DNA of 64,000 bases, from the NCBI GenBank assembly GCA_039545335.1, contig BCIN01000003.1:2303060-2367059 (forward strand). The letters run 5' to 3'. The notes under the pieces were generated by a model. The model had not been told where the DNA came from. It searched no databases and worked only from the letters and a program-made list of their open reading frames with translations. Shown one piece after another: positions 49,577 to 63,114 of this stretch (positions are counted from its first letter, which is position 1; each line of letters begins with the position of its first letter). The position numbers were made by a program, and so were the translations under genes. This DNA comes from Kondoa subrosea. Lineage: Eukaryota.

Positions 49577-50180
49577 ATGTCTTCCGCTTCTGCTTTTGAG
49601 AAGGCTGTCGAGCTAGTAGGAGCTTTGCCTAAAGACGGGCCTATCAAACCTTCGCAAACGGAGCAACTCAAGGTATTCATACATTTCCTCCTTGACGCAG
49701 CAGTCAACATGATTGATGATGATACGTGTACAGTTCTACTCGCTCTACAAGCAAGGTGTGTCGCCAATGGGTCTCGTAGCGCATCAAGGCTGGTTTGAGC
49801 TTTGACCTTGCAGCTACAATTGGCGATGTCAATACTACCAGGCCAGGCATGATGGATTTCACTGGCAAAGCCAAATGGTAAGCTCCTATCATTGTCAACG
49901 TGCAGAGTACGGCTCTCAGGCCTGTCAAAGGGATGCTTGGAAAGGTGTTGAGGGTACAACAACCGAAGATGCCAAGTCGTAAGTCTGCGCGCTGTATGGG
50001 ACGGATGCTCAGTGCACTGAATGATACCCAAGATCATACGTGGATGCTTTCAGAGCTATTTTGGAAAAGGCCGACTCTGCGGAAGCTACCAAATATCTTG
50101 AAGAGGTACCGTAATTCTTGGTTGGCTATCCTTGTAGTAGCTCATAATGTGCACTCTAGCTCAAGGCTGCTGGAGCTTGA
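49577..50180 (+). CDS. ACB1: Acyl-CoA-binding protein
   Basis: [39 protein letters not shown]. Confidence 0.92.
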
Positions 50181-50360
50181 AAAGCTAGGGTTGAGCAGGG
50201 CAAATATTGGATTATACAATGCATTTTCTACGTCAAATACAGCAGCTGGATTTTATTTGTCCTTTTACACATGTCCTTTATGTCCGTATTCAGTATTTAG
50301 TTGCTATTGGTCGTGTAGGTGTCGATTCCCGTTGCGTTACGGGTAACGCTTCCCATGGCA

Positions 50361-52018
50361 TTACAATACAAATTCTTGCAGATTCTGAGAGATAATGATA
50401 TCTTGTACAGAGGCCATGACCACCTTGAAAGCTTTCGTATCGATAGCACACCTGTTCAAGAAGATTTTTATGAACTACTACTGGCTGACGGCAGGCGTCT
50501 TACGTGTAATGGCAGTAGGTTTGTTTCGCTTTGTTTCGATTCAGTCGCTCGAACTTAGTCTTGAAGTACAGTCTAGTCGCATTATCTAAAAACATCAAAT
50601 TCAGCATCGCAGCATCATTCCGGGCACAGAGCATACAATCTGATCGCGGTCCTTCGTAATCTGGAAAATAAGTCGTGATATCGCTGTTTAGAAGTTTTGT
50701 CTTGAACTGTGATATAGGCAATGACATATCAACCTCTTCTCGTCGGACACTTGAGACATACCAGATCCGTTTTATTCAGAAACAATCTGCTATTGTCAGT
50801 ATTGCTACGTCACACCACGAGATTACAAAAGGCTCACATCTGTACACGCGTCAGACAGTGCGTTATCTATCTGCAAGCGACAACATACGATCGAAGTCTT
50901 TGAAAACCATTTCGAATTCGATATCGAGTCAAAGAGCATTAAAGCTTCTTGCATGGCGTTCTGTTCCGCCAGTCAGCCGAAAGTGTATGTCCGACGCAAG
51001 GCGTGCTACGCACCGAGTCGGAATCCTCCACAAGAACCTGGTCATATCCTGCCAAAGAAACAAGAAAGAGAATTGCGGTAACGTTTTCGACTTGATGGAC
51101 ACTTTCAGCTGCAATCTGTCCGACATTAGCTCTCTTACAGCAATGTATCCATTTCCTCCGCTCGCTTCGCTGCCCGCCACAGTCCTGCTCATCGACATGT
51201 CAGCTATGAAACTTCAATAACCGACTGAAAACGGACGATTAAGGCATATATATAATCGCGCGAATTGAATTGTGTCTCGGTAACACCAGTCGTCTTCCCC
51301 CTGACATGGAGAATGTCTTGATTGGTAGGTGTATAGTCGGGTACAAATAGGCGCTCCAGCTCAGGAAAGAAGTAGTAAATGCTACGGGTAGAAGTCAGTC
51401 AGTTAAAACATGAGGCAATAGATGGGAGGATCACTTTTCAGGGATTGAAAACTCATTGGCACGCAGAAGGACTCGTTGCACGGCTGCATCTTCCCAGAAC
51501 GTTTGCAGTTTGTCTTGGTAGTCTCGCGGGTAGGCTTCTTGATCTTCAAGCATCATGTCGGTCTCAAAGATGGTCACTGCTTCCTGCATAGAATGTTCAG
51601 CATTCAAGGCCTATATTTATTCGGCTACTGACCTCTGTTGCTGATGGCAAAGCAATCTCGCATTCATGGGCCGCGTACATGACCTGCCTGACTGCTTCGC
51701 AAAGATTATCAAACACTTGTTTTCTATAGAACTCTATCTCTTCGGGTCGAAAACCATTCAGATGTATTAGTTTCATTTGCTGTTCAATTGCATCAGGACA
51801 ATCGATGTACTCCTTCATTCCACACAACGAACCTTCAGAACAGTAGTTTTTCCAGATTCCCCTGCTCCTAGCAGTAGAAGCTTGATCTGTCGTTGTACTT
51901 TACGAGCGTCATCTTTGAGCCGTTTCTCAATTTCCCTGCTGTTCTGTATCTCTTGCATGAGTGGTTGCTGCCCTTCAAACTTGCTCGCCGCATCTTCCTT
52001 AGAAGAGCAAGCTCCCAT
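50361..52018 (-). CDS. Heterotrimeric G-protein alpha subunit
   Basis: MGAC lipidation motif, [33 protein letters not shown]. Confidence 0.95.
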
Positions 52019-52407
52019 GCTGTCAAGTGGAACACTAGCTTGCTTCCAATTATGAGTTACGAGACGCGTGGAAAGTCCGATGGAAGCAGAGTCTGCCAGA
52101 TGGCACACAGTACAGGATAAGACATCGAGGAATAAAATCTCGAAGGCCGATCAGCTGATCTGCGATATCCGCTCCCGAGAGCGACTGAAACAAGGGGAAG
52201 ACAAGAGGAATAGATAATTCAGCTTTTTGTTACGGGAAGAAGGTGAAAGTGTGATCGAGATGCCACTTCCAGTCATAATGATAGGCGACAACAGTTGGTG
52301 CAGTCTGTCAGGCAGATGTCGGAAGGAGCAAACTTGCTGCAAATCCGGCCAAAAACGATGCTTGATCACTAACAACCGATATCTGAGTATAAATACCAAA
52401 AGCCAGG

Positions 52408-53419
52408 ATGGGAAATGACGGAGGCAGTATCGTGAAGCGAGACTTTGTAAAAACAAAATCAAAGGGCGAGCAGGCAGACAAGAGCAATCAAAATCGTGCC
52501 ACTTGGAACACTTGTGCTTTGTCCAAGGTAAGCTTCTAGGTTTGTGTTTGAATAGCGCAATGCTCAAGGCACACTGTATACACAGAAAGAGCTGCGCCAA
52601 CCAGTCGTTGCTTGTCCTCTAGGGAAATTATACAACAAAGATGCCCTCCTCGAATTCCTTCTCGTTCCAGCTAGCGAATCTCTACCAGTAGCAAGCACAC
52701 CTTTTGGAGCAGATGGTCAAGCAATAGCGGGTCATATTACTTCACTCAAGGATGTCATCGAATTGAACCTCACTCCCAATCCCGACTATGCCCTCCGAAA
52801 CAGCAAGACTTCTCAAGCAGGAGCTGAAGAGGGATACTCAGTATCAAAATGGATCTGTCCTTTAAGCCAAAGGGAGATGAACGGCGCAGTCAGATTCGTG
52901 GCTTTGTTGCACAGATGCCGAAATGTGGTGGCAGAAGCTAGCTTGAAGGCTATGCGAGCCACATCTGAAAAGGGTCCTACGACTGTTTGCGGCGTCTGTG
53001 GAGAGGACTACGCAGAAGGAGAAAGGGAGGAAACCCTTTTGCTAAATCCTACGGATAAAGCAGAATTGGAAAGGATGAAAGCAGCATGGATTGAGAAGAA
53101 GAGGATGGTCCTCGAATTGAAAAAGTCTAAGAAGTCGACCAAGAAGCGGAAAACCAATGAAGATGAACAAGACGCACCACTTAAAAAGGCAAAATCAGCC
53201 CTGATTACGAATACTCAAAAGAGCACGCCTAGTCTACCTCTAGCTGTTGCTGAAGCTCTTGAAGCCAAGAAGACAACAGGTCCATCTGCAGCTGTTTCAT
53301 CTCTTTACCAGAAAGACCCTTCCAAGAAGGCGACATGTAAGTTCATAGCAGCGTTTCGTCTTACTACTCTCATCGCGTATCTCGCAGGGATGACTATGTC
53401 AGCTGGATTCGGCCGCTAA
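52408..53419 (+). CDS. RTF2: Replication termination factor 2
   Basis: MGNDGGSI, CALSK, LGKLYNKDA, ICPLSQREMNG. Confidence 0.9.
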
Positions 53420-53784
53420 TAGAGTGTTCATTTGCATTATGTTGTAATTGTATCGGAATTGCATGTATATAACCTGCGGATAAGTACAATCTACGAGAAT
53501 TTGCCCCCAGTTTCGTTCGAAGATTGAGCTCGTAATTCCGTTATCCAATGCGAAAGACCACTGAAGCCTTCTTCTGAGTGGAATTGGGCAGTTATTTTTG
53601 GGAGTCGGATGACTGTTACGCTTGACAAAAGACAACCAGCCGAGCTACGACCTTGAAGCCTAATATATTTCAGGAGACTGGGTGGCATACCAAAGCTCCA
53701 TCAACCGAGCGGAGGATCGTCAATCCTTTGATTTCCCCACATCCTATTGTCTTGAAAGTTAAATTATGCCCGATTTCAAAAATC

Positions 53785-54038
53785 ATGGCAAGCTCTCAAG
53801 GTTTGAGCGATTCCGTGCGCCCCTGTCCACTTTAACTACACTCTTTGCTTATTGCATTGACTGTTCCGCTACAGTGAACAAAGTGCTCCCTTATGACAGT
53901 GATGCTGTTGGGTCAGCAAGTGGTGGAAGTGGCAGCACTTTCGCCTGTGCAAGCGGTGCTTGTGGGGCTAGCTATTCTAAACCCAAGAGCAGTACAAAGC
54001 AGCAGGGTCAGTCATCAGGATCAAAAGAGAAAAATTAA
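53785..54038 (+). CDS. Small hypothetical protein (~59 aa, one intron)
   Basis: ATG...CAAG|GTTTGA...CTACAG| splice joins to the open frame ending at 54038. Confidence 0.4.
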
Positions 54039-54362
54039 GGAGATGCACTGAAATCCAAACACGCAGAGCAAGAGAAACCGGCCGACCCATCGCCGGCGTA
54101 TCAGAATTGAACAGCCCTGTCAACGAAGTAAATGTAACATGCTGTACAAGAGTTTGTGTATATTGCGGATTGTGGAATAGGAAGACGATTGAGATGTATT
54201 ATATATGCGCCGATTCTTGACAAAATAATGTAAACGGACACGAACATAGCCTAGAACGATCCAAAGAAGGCGATATCGGTAGGCGGCAAGAATTTAGGCC
54301 AGAATACCACGAGAATACGAGAATACGCGAGATAGAGCCAGCTCTAGCATTTCTTTTCTAGC

Positions 54363-55199
54363 TTACGACATTTGTACATCCTCGGGCTGTACGCTGTTGC
54401 TGTCAACATTCAGCTGAGGAGTCTGCATGATTTCCGGCTCTTGATCTGCTGCGTTCAGTAGAGCATTGAGTGAGGCAGAGCTGGAGGAGACTGGCTTTGT
54501 GATTGTTTCGGGTGCTGCTTGAGTAGATTGAGTAGGCATATCGGATTGTTTTGGCGTTTGAGTCGGCTCAGCTGTGGAAGATTGGGATGGTTGTGAAGTT
54601 GCAGAGGTAGAAGGAGGTGCAGCAACAGAGGGTGCAGGATCGTCTTCGTCTATCTCGCCCGCTTCATCAGCCAATTTCTTTTTGCGAATCTTGACAGCCT
54701 CTTTGACAGGTAATGGAGGTGGAATGACCTCTACGGATGTGTAAGAATCAGCGAGCTATACAAACAAACCACAGGCCAGCTTACCGGAAAGATAGAAGAA
54801 AGATTGATTTCGCTGAATAGCCGTGGCTTCACAAGAGTCGCGTTAATAGAAAGCTAACAATGCGAAGATTCGGCCCACATAGATCTTTGTACTGTACACC
54901 TTTGCGTTTCTCCATTCTAGAGCCAACGTAAGCAGCCTCAGTAAGCTTCTTGACGAAATGTTCCTATTCGATTACGGATCATCAGACTTTGCTATAAGAC
55001 CGCGGAATCCTAGACATACCGCTGCTACAGACATCAGAAATATAGCCTCCTTGCTACACATCGCTATGTCTTTATCTGCCTTGACAATTTTTGTCACTCT
55101 TGCTGCTGGCAAGAACGTTGTCCCTGGTTCTGAAATTGAGGATTTCTTCGCTGCTGGTTTGCGAGAAGCCTTAGCTGGGGCAGAGGATGAAGCGTTCAT
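54363..55199 (-). CDS. Histone-fold protein, Dpb3/CHRAC15-like
   Basis: LPAARVTKIVKADKDI..CSKEAIFLMSVAA-EHFVKKL..KRKGVQYKDL. Confidence 0.8.
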
Positions 55200-56219
55200 T
55201 TCCGCTGTTATCGAACGAGCCCAATATTATTGCACACCGAGGTTGACTAGCAACAATCATGTCCTCAAGTGCTGATATCATCTTGATTATCGTAGCGAGT
55301 AAGCGAAGCGCTGCAATTCGTTGGTAGTAAGCTGATTGAAGTCCCAGTATTGTTTCCTCCGTACGCTTGCCATCGCAATCGTATACTTCCAGCTTTGATT
55401 CTCTCCCCTTCTTGTGTCTGCAGGGCGGCAGCAGCCTTCATGACTGGCTGCAGTTGCGATTTGGCAAGCTTTAGCGAAGAGCTTGAGAGAATAGAATAGC
55501 TGACGTGAGGTCGACAGCTCATCAACATCGCATTGACGCTACTGTGAGCATAGCAATGGACCTCATCTGTCTTTGCTTATACATGCCAATCCCTAGTGGA
55601 TACATCCCGTGAGTTTGGCCTCCTGTCAGTATCATGGCCCCTTCCTGCCTCATGTGTAGTTTGTAGTGGACATATTCACGCTGTATGTCTCTCATCTGAA
55701 AGAGTCTTGCTCTGAGCTGAGCCGTATGAGCAGTTCTGGTTGATCTACAAGAAGATGGTTAGTCATATTCAGTCGTAGTCAATTCTGCGCCGATTGAGTG
55801 CATTTGAGCAGCAAGCAGAGGAAAGATACGGACAAGGAGGATACACGTACGCAGGAAATGTGTTTCACCAACGTCTAAGCAATCACGCATTCATGCTAAT
55901 ATTAATATGAACGCTTACAGGCAACGTAGGTCACACCGACTGGTATAGATACAAGCTAATGCAGAGTAATCAGCTACAAGCCTCTCGGCGAACCTCAACC
56001 TTCAGCTCAGCGTATGTCCGTAAGTTTCCAAATGCCTGCAACTCATTGTGTGCACAGCTCCCTCTTACGGCGCGACTGTGGGAACATCGACTTGAGAACA
56101 ATGCTAGCTTGCGTTGTATCGTACTTTTGTATTATTATCGCGTCTCCAGTTCCGCTCTCGCGCGCATACTTAGTTCAGTTCGTGTCTCGAATCAATAAAT
56201 GTGTCATGCCGCTGCAGCC

Positions 56220-59200
56220 ATGTCGCTGTTGAGTGAACCCGAGTACGACAGTGACGTTCTGTTGAAGCTGCACTGATCCAGCTCGTACAGTTACGTCCTG
56301 CAATGCCTTCGACTACAATTCCTGCGTCGCTCAAATGATCCAGCTGGTCCATCTATCTTGACCTTTCCAGAGTCTTTCTCTTCGTATATTCTACATTCAG
56401 ACCTCAATGATCTATCCGTTTGGCCTGAGCTAGGCATAGTCAAATCACCTGAACCTGTTGCGCTCGAATTACCTAAACGCAGGCAGAAAACAACGGACGA
56501 TAATGAGGGGTCTGGGCTAAAGTACAGCGAGACTATTGTAGGTGAACGGAGTGGGAGAAGTGGTGCTGGTATGCGTGTCGGTGGAAGAACGCGAAGTTGG
56601 ACTGGCAAAGGGAGTGTGCGCAGTACTTCGAAATTGAATGACATGAGCAAGGGTAAAGGCAAAGAGAGGCAGTCTATCGCCGAAGAAGAGGAAGAAGAAG
56701 AAGAGGCGGTATCCAGCGAAGAAGAAGCAGTGTTTGCAACCGGGTCATCACGAAAAGCTATCAACGGAAATTCATTGCATACGTCAGTCAAGTACTTCAG
56801 TCCTCATATTCAGGCTTTAATATGCCACAGTGATGACGAGCTAGAGGAAGGTCAAGATTCAATCACGACCTTGAAGAACAATCCTGGTCAAGGCAGTAGT
56901 GTCCTTCGACCGAGAAGCTCTTTCAAGCGAACAGGATCAAACCCTCGTCGTCTTCCCCCTGTAGTGACCATTCAATCACCTGTCATAACGCCTCAAGGCT
57001 CACCTATGCCCCCGCAAACACCAGCAGAAGGCGAAGAGTACGACTCCGAATCGACGGCTGCCGTCAGTGAACAGTCAGCTGATGAAGCTTCTCGACCAGA
57101 CAGACGTTCTCGCCCTGTAACACTTATCAATTCCCTAGCTTATGCTCACGACAAAGAGCTTTCGGATGCCTTGCGTTGGCAGGCTGACGGGCCTACTTCT
57201 TTCGATGACCGACGATCTGAAGATCCTAATTCGTCAACATCGCCTTTATTCAGTATGCGACCTGATCCATCTGATAGAGATACCAGTGCCGGACAAGACA
57301 CTGAAGATATCGCGCATGAAATGCAAGCGCCAGCATTAACTCGAAGAGACTCAAACATTGACAACACTTCTTCTCTTGATACGTTCAGTTTTGTTCCTGG
57401 ACCTTCCACCCAAGACGACTTCGACTTCATGTCAGAGTCATCAGCAATGAGTGCCTCTTCTTTAGCCGTCAAGAATTCTCGAGCGCGCAAAAGAGTCACG
57501 GCTTCCGATTTGAACCTGCATAAAGCAGATCTGAATACTGCTGCGGAACCTTCAAAAGCCGACGTAAACGCAGATTCTTCGGCTACTCCGCCATCTCCTG
57601 CTATTATCGAGCCCTCCATTGGACGCAAAAGAGAACGCAGGAGAGTCAACATTAGCGGCAAATTTCTACCTCTGCAACCTCCAGCTGGAATGCCGCCCTT
57701 TCGAGCAATACCAGAAGAGTCAGAAATCTCTTCCCAGCCTGTTTCACCCGTTTCACCAACAACAGGTCGAGCTCGAGCAGATACAGAACCCAAAAAGTCG
57801 CCTTTTATACAGCATCAAGGTCCTATACGTAGACAAGCTTCTTCGGAGGCGCTGACGCGGACTCGTGTCAGACCTGCACTCGAAGCTGAGCCCAATTTCC
57901 GCAAACGAGCGTTGTCAAACGTATCAGCTCGTAATCGTTCAGTGTCAGATGTATCTTCTCAACCCGCGTCGACGAAGAAACTGGAATTTAGTCGATTGAA
58001 ACTCAAGCCTGGCCCGAAAGGCTCAGCTTTGACTGCGTTGCTATCTCAGAAAGCCACAGAGGACATATCGTCTAATCCCTACACTTCGCAATACGGGGCT
58101 CTCATCATATCGAATTCTTCCGACGCTGGTCTGAAGCTCAAACTTTTCTTCCCACACTGTGAAGGGCAAGAAGCTCGCAAGCCTCTTGAAGTCAGGATAC
58201 GCAAAGATGTCACTGTTGAAGAGGTCATAGGATCCGGACTGTGGAAGTATTGGGAGGCAGATAAACAGCCAACCCTGATCACTGAAAGCGAGAAAGAACA
58301 CTGGGATGGAAGCGAGTTGAAGGGAAGATTGGACCCTGCGCGATGGAATCTTATGATTGTTGAAGATGACGAAGGAGAAGTAGATGAAGACTTTCCTCGT
58401 CAGTCCATCTGCATTGTTGACCTTTGCTCGCTAAATGAATGGTAGCACTCGACCGGATCCGCAATATCTTAGGGTTTGCTTTTCCTGCCTTTGCCATTGT
58501 CGAAGCTAGTGCAACCCAATGTAAGTGACAGACAGATGTTGGCAGTATCAGACTAATACGATTGATTTCATAGTCCACCAAAACCAGATCATACAGGCTC
58601 AGATACAGCGCAGACCATCGCGTATCATCAACACACAGCCTAAGTTTCTTAACACGAATTCGACACAAGGCGATATTTCGCCAGGCCTGCTCGTGCCTTC
58701 TGCGTCAGCGCTTAATATCGACGCTGATATGCTGTCTACCTCAATGTTAGATGGTAATTCAATGGTCGCTCCCGTGCCTTCATCTTACGCTGCTCCTGGG
58801 GGAGAAGATGTCTATCTTCGAGTCCGTATACCTATGCCAGGACTCGAAGCTGTTGTTTCCACCGTCAAGGTCACAACCAACACCTATCTGGCTGATGTGC
58901 TAGACACGATATGCAAAAAGCGAAAAGAACAACTCGGCGATCCCAAACAATGGGTGCTGATGCTAGGGGACCAAGATATCGTTGTCCCTCTTGATCGGAC
59001 TATCGATAGCTTGCAAGGCTCTCATAATCTAAGACTGGCAAAGAAGGTAGATGTAGCAGATCTGGTCAAAGCCGAAACTAGAGATCGGCTGGGAAGATTG
59101 GTCAATCGAGATCCGAGCGCCAGCATCTTCAAACGCTTGTCGGAGCCCCCTCAACCGAAGTACATCTCTGCTTCAGATGTCACAAGCCTACACAAGGTGC

Positions 59201-59610
59201 GTTGGGGCAGATTACAGGTCGCTGAGTATTACTGATATTTATTGTTCAGCGCTTTACCGTATATCGCAAACATGCTATGTCATTGAGCCGACATGAGCGA
59301 ATCCTAGCCATCGATAGCGAGAAGATCGAGATTCTGCATCCCTCTCATGGTGCTGGGCGGACTACATCTTTCCCAATATCTAGGGTGCATGATTGCAAAA
59401 GTTCAAAGAGAATGCCAAACAGCTTCAAACTCATTGTAGAAGTCAACAAAGAGCTCAAGCGATATGATTTCGAAGCTGAGAATGGCAGGCAATCTCGTAT
59501 GTCATCTGCATTGTCTTGTAGAATTAACCTGATTTATGATAATGCAAATTTCAGAGGAGATTATTCACACTGTGGCTCTTGCAAGGCAGTTGTTCAAGGA
59601 CAGGATCTAG
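56220..59610 (+). CDS. SIN1: TORC2 subunit Sin1/Avo1
   Basis: MSLLSEPDY..LRL N-terminus, SALTALL, CRIM (LKLFFP, VTVEEVIG, EGEVDEDFP), PH (HERILAID, KRYDFEA). Confidence 0.9.
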
Positions 59611-59802
59611 GAAGCAGAGGATGGGTTGATCGCGGCCGCTCGCGTGTCCATTAATTTGATTGTAATTTTGCGTTTGAGGGGTGTCTCTAAGCGACCAAAA
59701 TACTGCTTATTCTTTTGACTGCGACGTGCATTAGCTAGATGTCATAGCTGGCAAATACCAAATACTCTTGAAAAGCAGCGAAGCCAGCTCAGGAGAAAAG
59801 AG

Positions 59803-60945
59803 ATGACAGCTCGGACGACATCTTCTTCGCCGTCCTTTGCGCCTAATGGCACTGCACAAACGTACAAGGATGTGTTACGCTTTGAAAGCAGGTTGATACA
59901 AAACGCGGAACGCCTTTCCCTGCAGAAGAAGAAATATCAAAGTCAGTACAAAACAGGAGGCTTTCCTTTTCATGAGCTGATCTTCCGACAAGGTTTCCTG
60001 CTGGCTCTGGTTATCTCTATCATCTGTTTGGCATATTGCGTATTCATTGATCCAAGCATAGTGAGTTCGGAGGCCTGAACACGGATCTGTTCTTACAGAA
60101 AGCTGATGTCCCATTGGCAGTACACGGTTGTGCATTACACTTTCATTGGATTACTGCTCATAGCCACTACTTCTCTGGTCCTCTTCTTCGCGACTGGGGT
60201 TTATAGCGAGAAAATAGCGGCAGCATACAAGTGAGTCAGGACCTTGCACCCCTTGTTGCCAAAACACTAACGCCAAGACTACAGGTTTGTACCACAGGCC
60301 AACCGATCTCTGAGACCTTTCAACATGCATCTGAACACCAACTCGCAAGGCTTCTTCTCTTTTCTAAACTTTAGGTCAAGACCTATCGAAATCAAACGGA
60401 ACACCCGTTCACCAACGAGATCTCCTGACAGGTCTAGACCTACTTCGCCGTCAGCGAGGCAACCTTTGAAGTCTATGCCTTTGCCATCTGATCCAAGAGG
60501 AGAAATCATGTTCTCCAGCAGAGTTGATTCGAGTTTCGTGGAAGGATATGAGAAATACAAGAGCGAATGGGAAAGGAGGAAGAAATCTGCTAGCTCAGGA
60601 ACCTCGAACTCGACGGCTTTCGCCTCAACTATCCCAAACGAGAACCATCCTGTGCAGCGCTTATCGTCGCGAAGGCTGTCCCGAAGTTCGGATGCATCGT
60701 CTCCACCTCTTTCAAGAGAAGGCTCGCCAGATTCCATTGGAAGTAACAGTGGTCGACATCACCGGGTTGCTCCTTCTTTCTCTTCCGCAACTAGTCTCCC
60801 ATCGCTCTCCCATTCTAGACCAGCTTCAGCCGACTCCTCCGGACCTCCTTCGCCACGAGGAGACCAAGATCCTCCTTTCTTCTTTTACAGCAAAGATGCA
60901 AGCAGAAGTCGAGCGGAATCCTTCAGCGAATACTTGCAACATTGA
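59803..60945 (+). CDS. SPO7: Nem1-Spo7 phosphatase regulatory subunit
   Basis: YKDVLRFESRL, KKKYQ, two TMs, LFFATGVY, FVPQANRSLRPFNMHL. Confidence 0.85.
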
Positions 60946-61089
60946 GTCTTTTCAGACAATCCCCTAGTATCTTTTGTAGTGATAATAACGGTTTATTGGG
61001 TTCACGCAGAACTATACAAGCTCATATTGATTACCCCTGTATATACCTGCGCTTTGTATAGCATGGCTTCCGTTTTTAACTGTATCTTG

Positions 61090-62945
61090 TCATTTTTGCA
61101 ATGCTAACATTCTCTGATGTTCCTGGTAATGTCTAAACCCTAATTCTAGGTTGGTCAGTAGATCTCGAGCGCTTCTGCCGACCTCGCCTCCTCCTTTTCC
61201 AAATCCCACTTCTGCACATGCGATCGCATTCCGAAGGGTGCTGATGGCGAAAGGAAAAGGCATGTTCTGTGCGGATGAGGGATCGAAGATAAGAGGATCG
61301 CACAGGACATGAAAGGTGAGTGGAACTGACCTGACCATGTACATTCTCCAAAAGTTTCTCGAAGGTGATTAATTGCACTACCAAAACTGGATGACAAGGA
61401 GGATAAAGATGTTGCATCGCCAATGACACTTTTGTTGCTATTGCTAAAGCATCGCTGAAAAGACCTGCATCGATGTAGGCTAATTGAGTTGCTCGAAGCA
61501 GAGCGAAAAGGAAATGCGAAGCTGGATGAAGATTTGATGAGAGGGCTTTGACTGAAGCTCGAAGGTGATCAGCTAGATCTATTTGCGCTCATAAGTCAGG
61601 CTTAGAGATCCGCTGACTTATTGTTTCGTTCGCTCACTTTGTCCGTTCGACTTTCCGAGGGAATCGATGATTGATTGACCGACTTTCATTTCCTCCGCAA
61701 GTTCTTCCCTGTTGACAATCCAAGCAAACTTGCATGTTTCGCATTGGACTTCCACTTCCCCATCACTGCTCAAATCAGGTAATCTTGCCATTCCATCGCA
61801 TTTCCCCTTTTTGCAGGCCAAAGTCTCTCTTGGATCCAGCCAATCTTTCAGATTGCAAGCAGAACAATTGCAGTGGAAACGATATCGATCGAATAGTTCG
61901 GCTTTTCGTAATGCTCGAGGAATAGATAAATCGACGTAAGAAGTTAGAATCTCTTCATCTTTTGCTATATCTGTCAGGGCTATGATTTGCATCCCTTCGA
62001 GTTTCAAGGGACCATGCGGAAACACTACTACGCTGTTTGGTGCGCAAGAGTGATTGGCTAAAGTGTCCGAATGAGCTACTAAGGAAGGCGGGTACGAAGT
62101 AAAATGCCAACCTAGCGCAACGACTGGAGATACCGCCACTCCAACGTTGGACAGATCAGGCAAAGTAAGTGAGAAGGTATTGCTGGCAAACTACAAGACA
62201 CAAAGATGCAGTTTAGCTCTGATCAGACATACTACTTGATCAAGACGAACAGCAGAACAGAAATCTAGCAATTCGGTGCCAGAGCTAAAAGCTGCGGTCA
62301 TGGCCTCTTGTCCCACGTATTGACCAAGGAGCATACCCATGCGAGTAAAGTATTCTTTCTGTTCTTCAGGTAAATCTTTGCGGTCTATCTGCCATCCTTT
62401 TACTTTGCTTACAACAATACTTATACAATGTCAACTCACGAGACTGCAGGGTCAAGATTTGTGACCACCATTCATCTCCTTTCACAGATTTAGACCAGAT
62501 AAGTCTGCCTAAGGCTCGTATCGGCGTGTCAGGAATCGCTTTAGCAGCGCCTCGCTTGAGATCAGGTTCGTTTGCTTTGGCGTAGCGTTGCAAAGCAGCA
62601 CATTCTAGCTTGTGTTGATCTATTTTCCAAGCTGCTTTCTGACATGATGCGGAGCAGACTGACATAGGCGTGAGTAGTGTATGCTAATATTTTTCAAGCT
62701 CGGCGCTGACATTTCGAACTCTTGCAACCGCTACACTGAAAGAGCGGTTTGTCCAGATGTTGCTGATCCACACCACAATTTGAACAAAACGATCCAAGGT
62801 TGATCAAATCGAATATAGCTGCATGTGGTGTAGCTTTGACTAGCACAGTGCCTTTCTTGATAGCCTTCTTGACGAAAAGGCCTCTGCCTTTATGTGCTGT
62901 GTTTTTGACTTCCACAAATGATGGTAAATCGGGGTATTCGACCAT
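61090..62945 (-). CDS. SET and MYND domain lysine methyltransferase (SMYD-like)
   Basis: KGRGLF, MYND cysteines (CSNC..CSGC..CSASCQ..HKLEC), NHSCAPN, SYVD, FHCNCSAC. Confidence 0.88.
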
Positions 62946-63114
62946 TCCGACTCTCTGCGTTTGATAGCCAGGCAATTACCTAATTCAGGCGTTCATCGGG
63001 TGAGCAACACACGGATGTTGATGGACAATCAACCTTACTGCATGTTTCCCTCTCTCAACGCGCCTCAGCGTTGTTCTCATTCCGTCTATCGTCTCCAGCA
63101 CAGCATAAGTCGCT

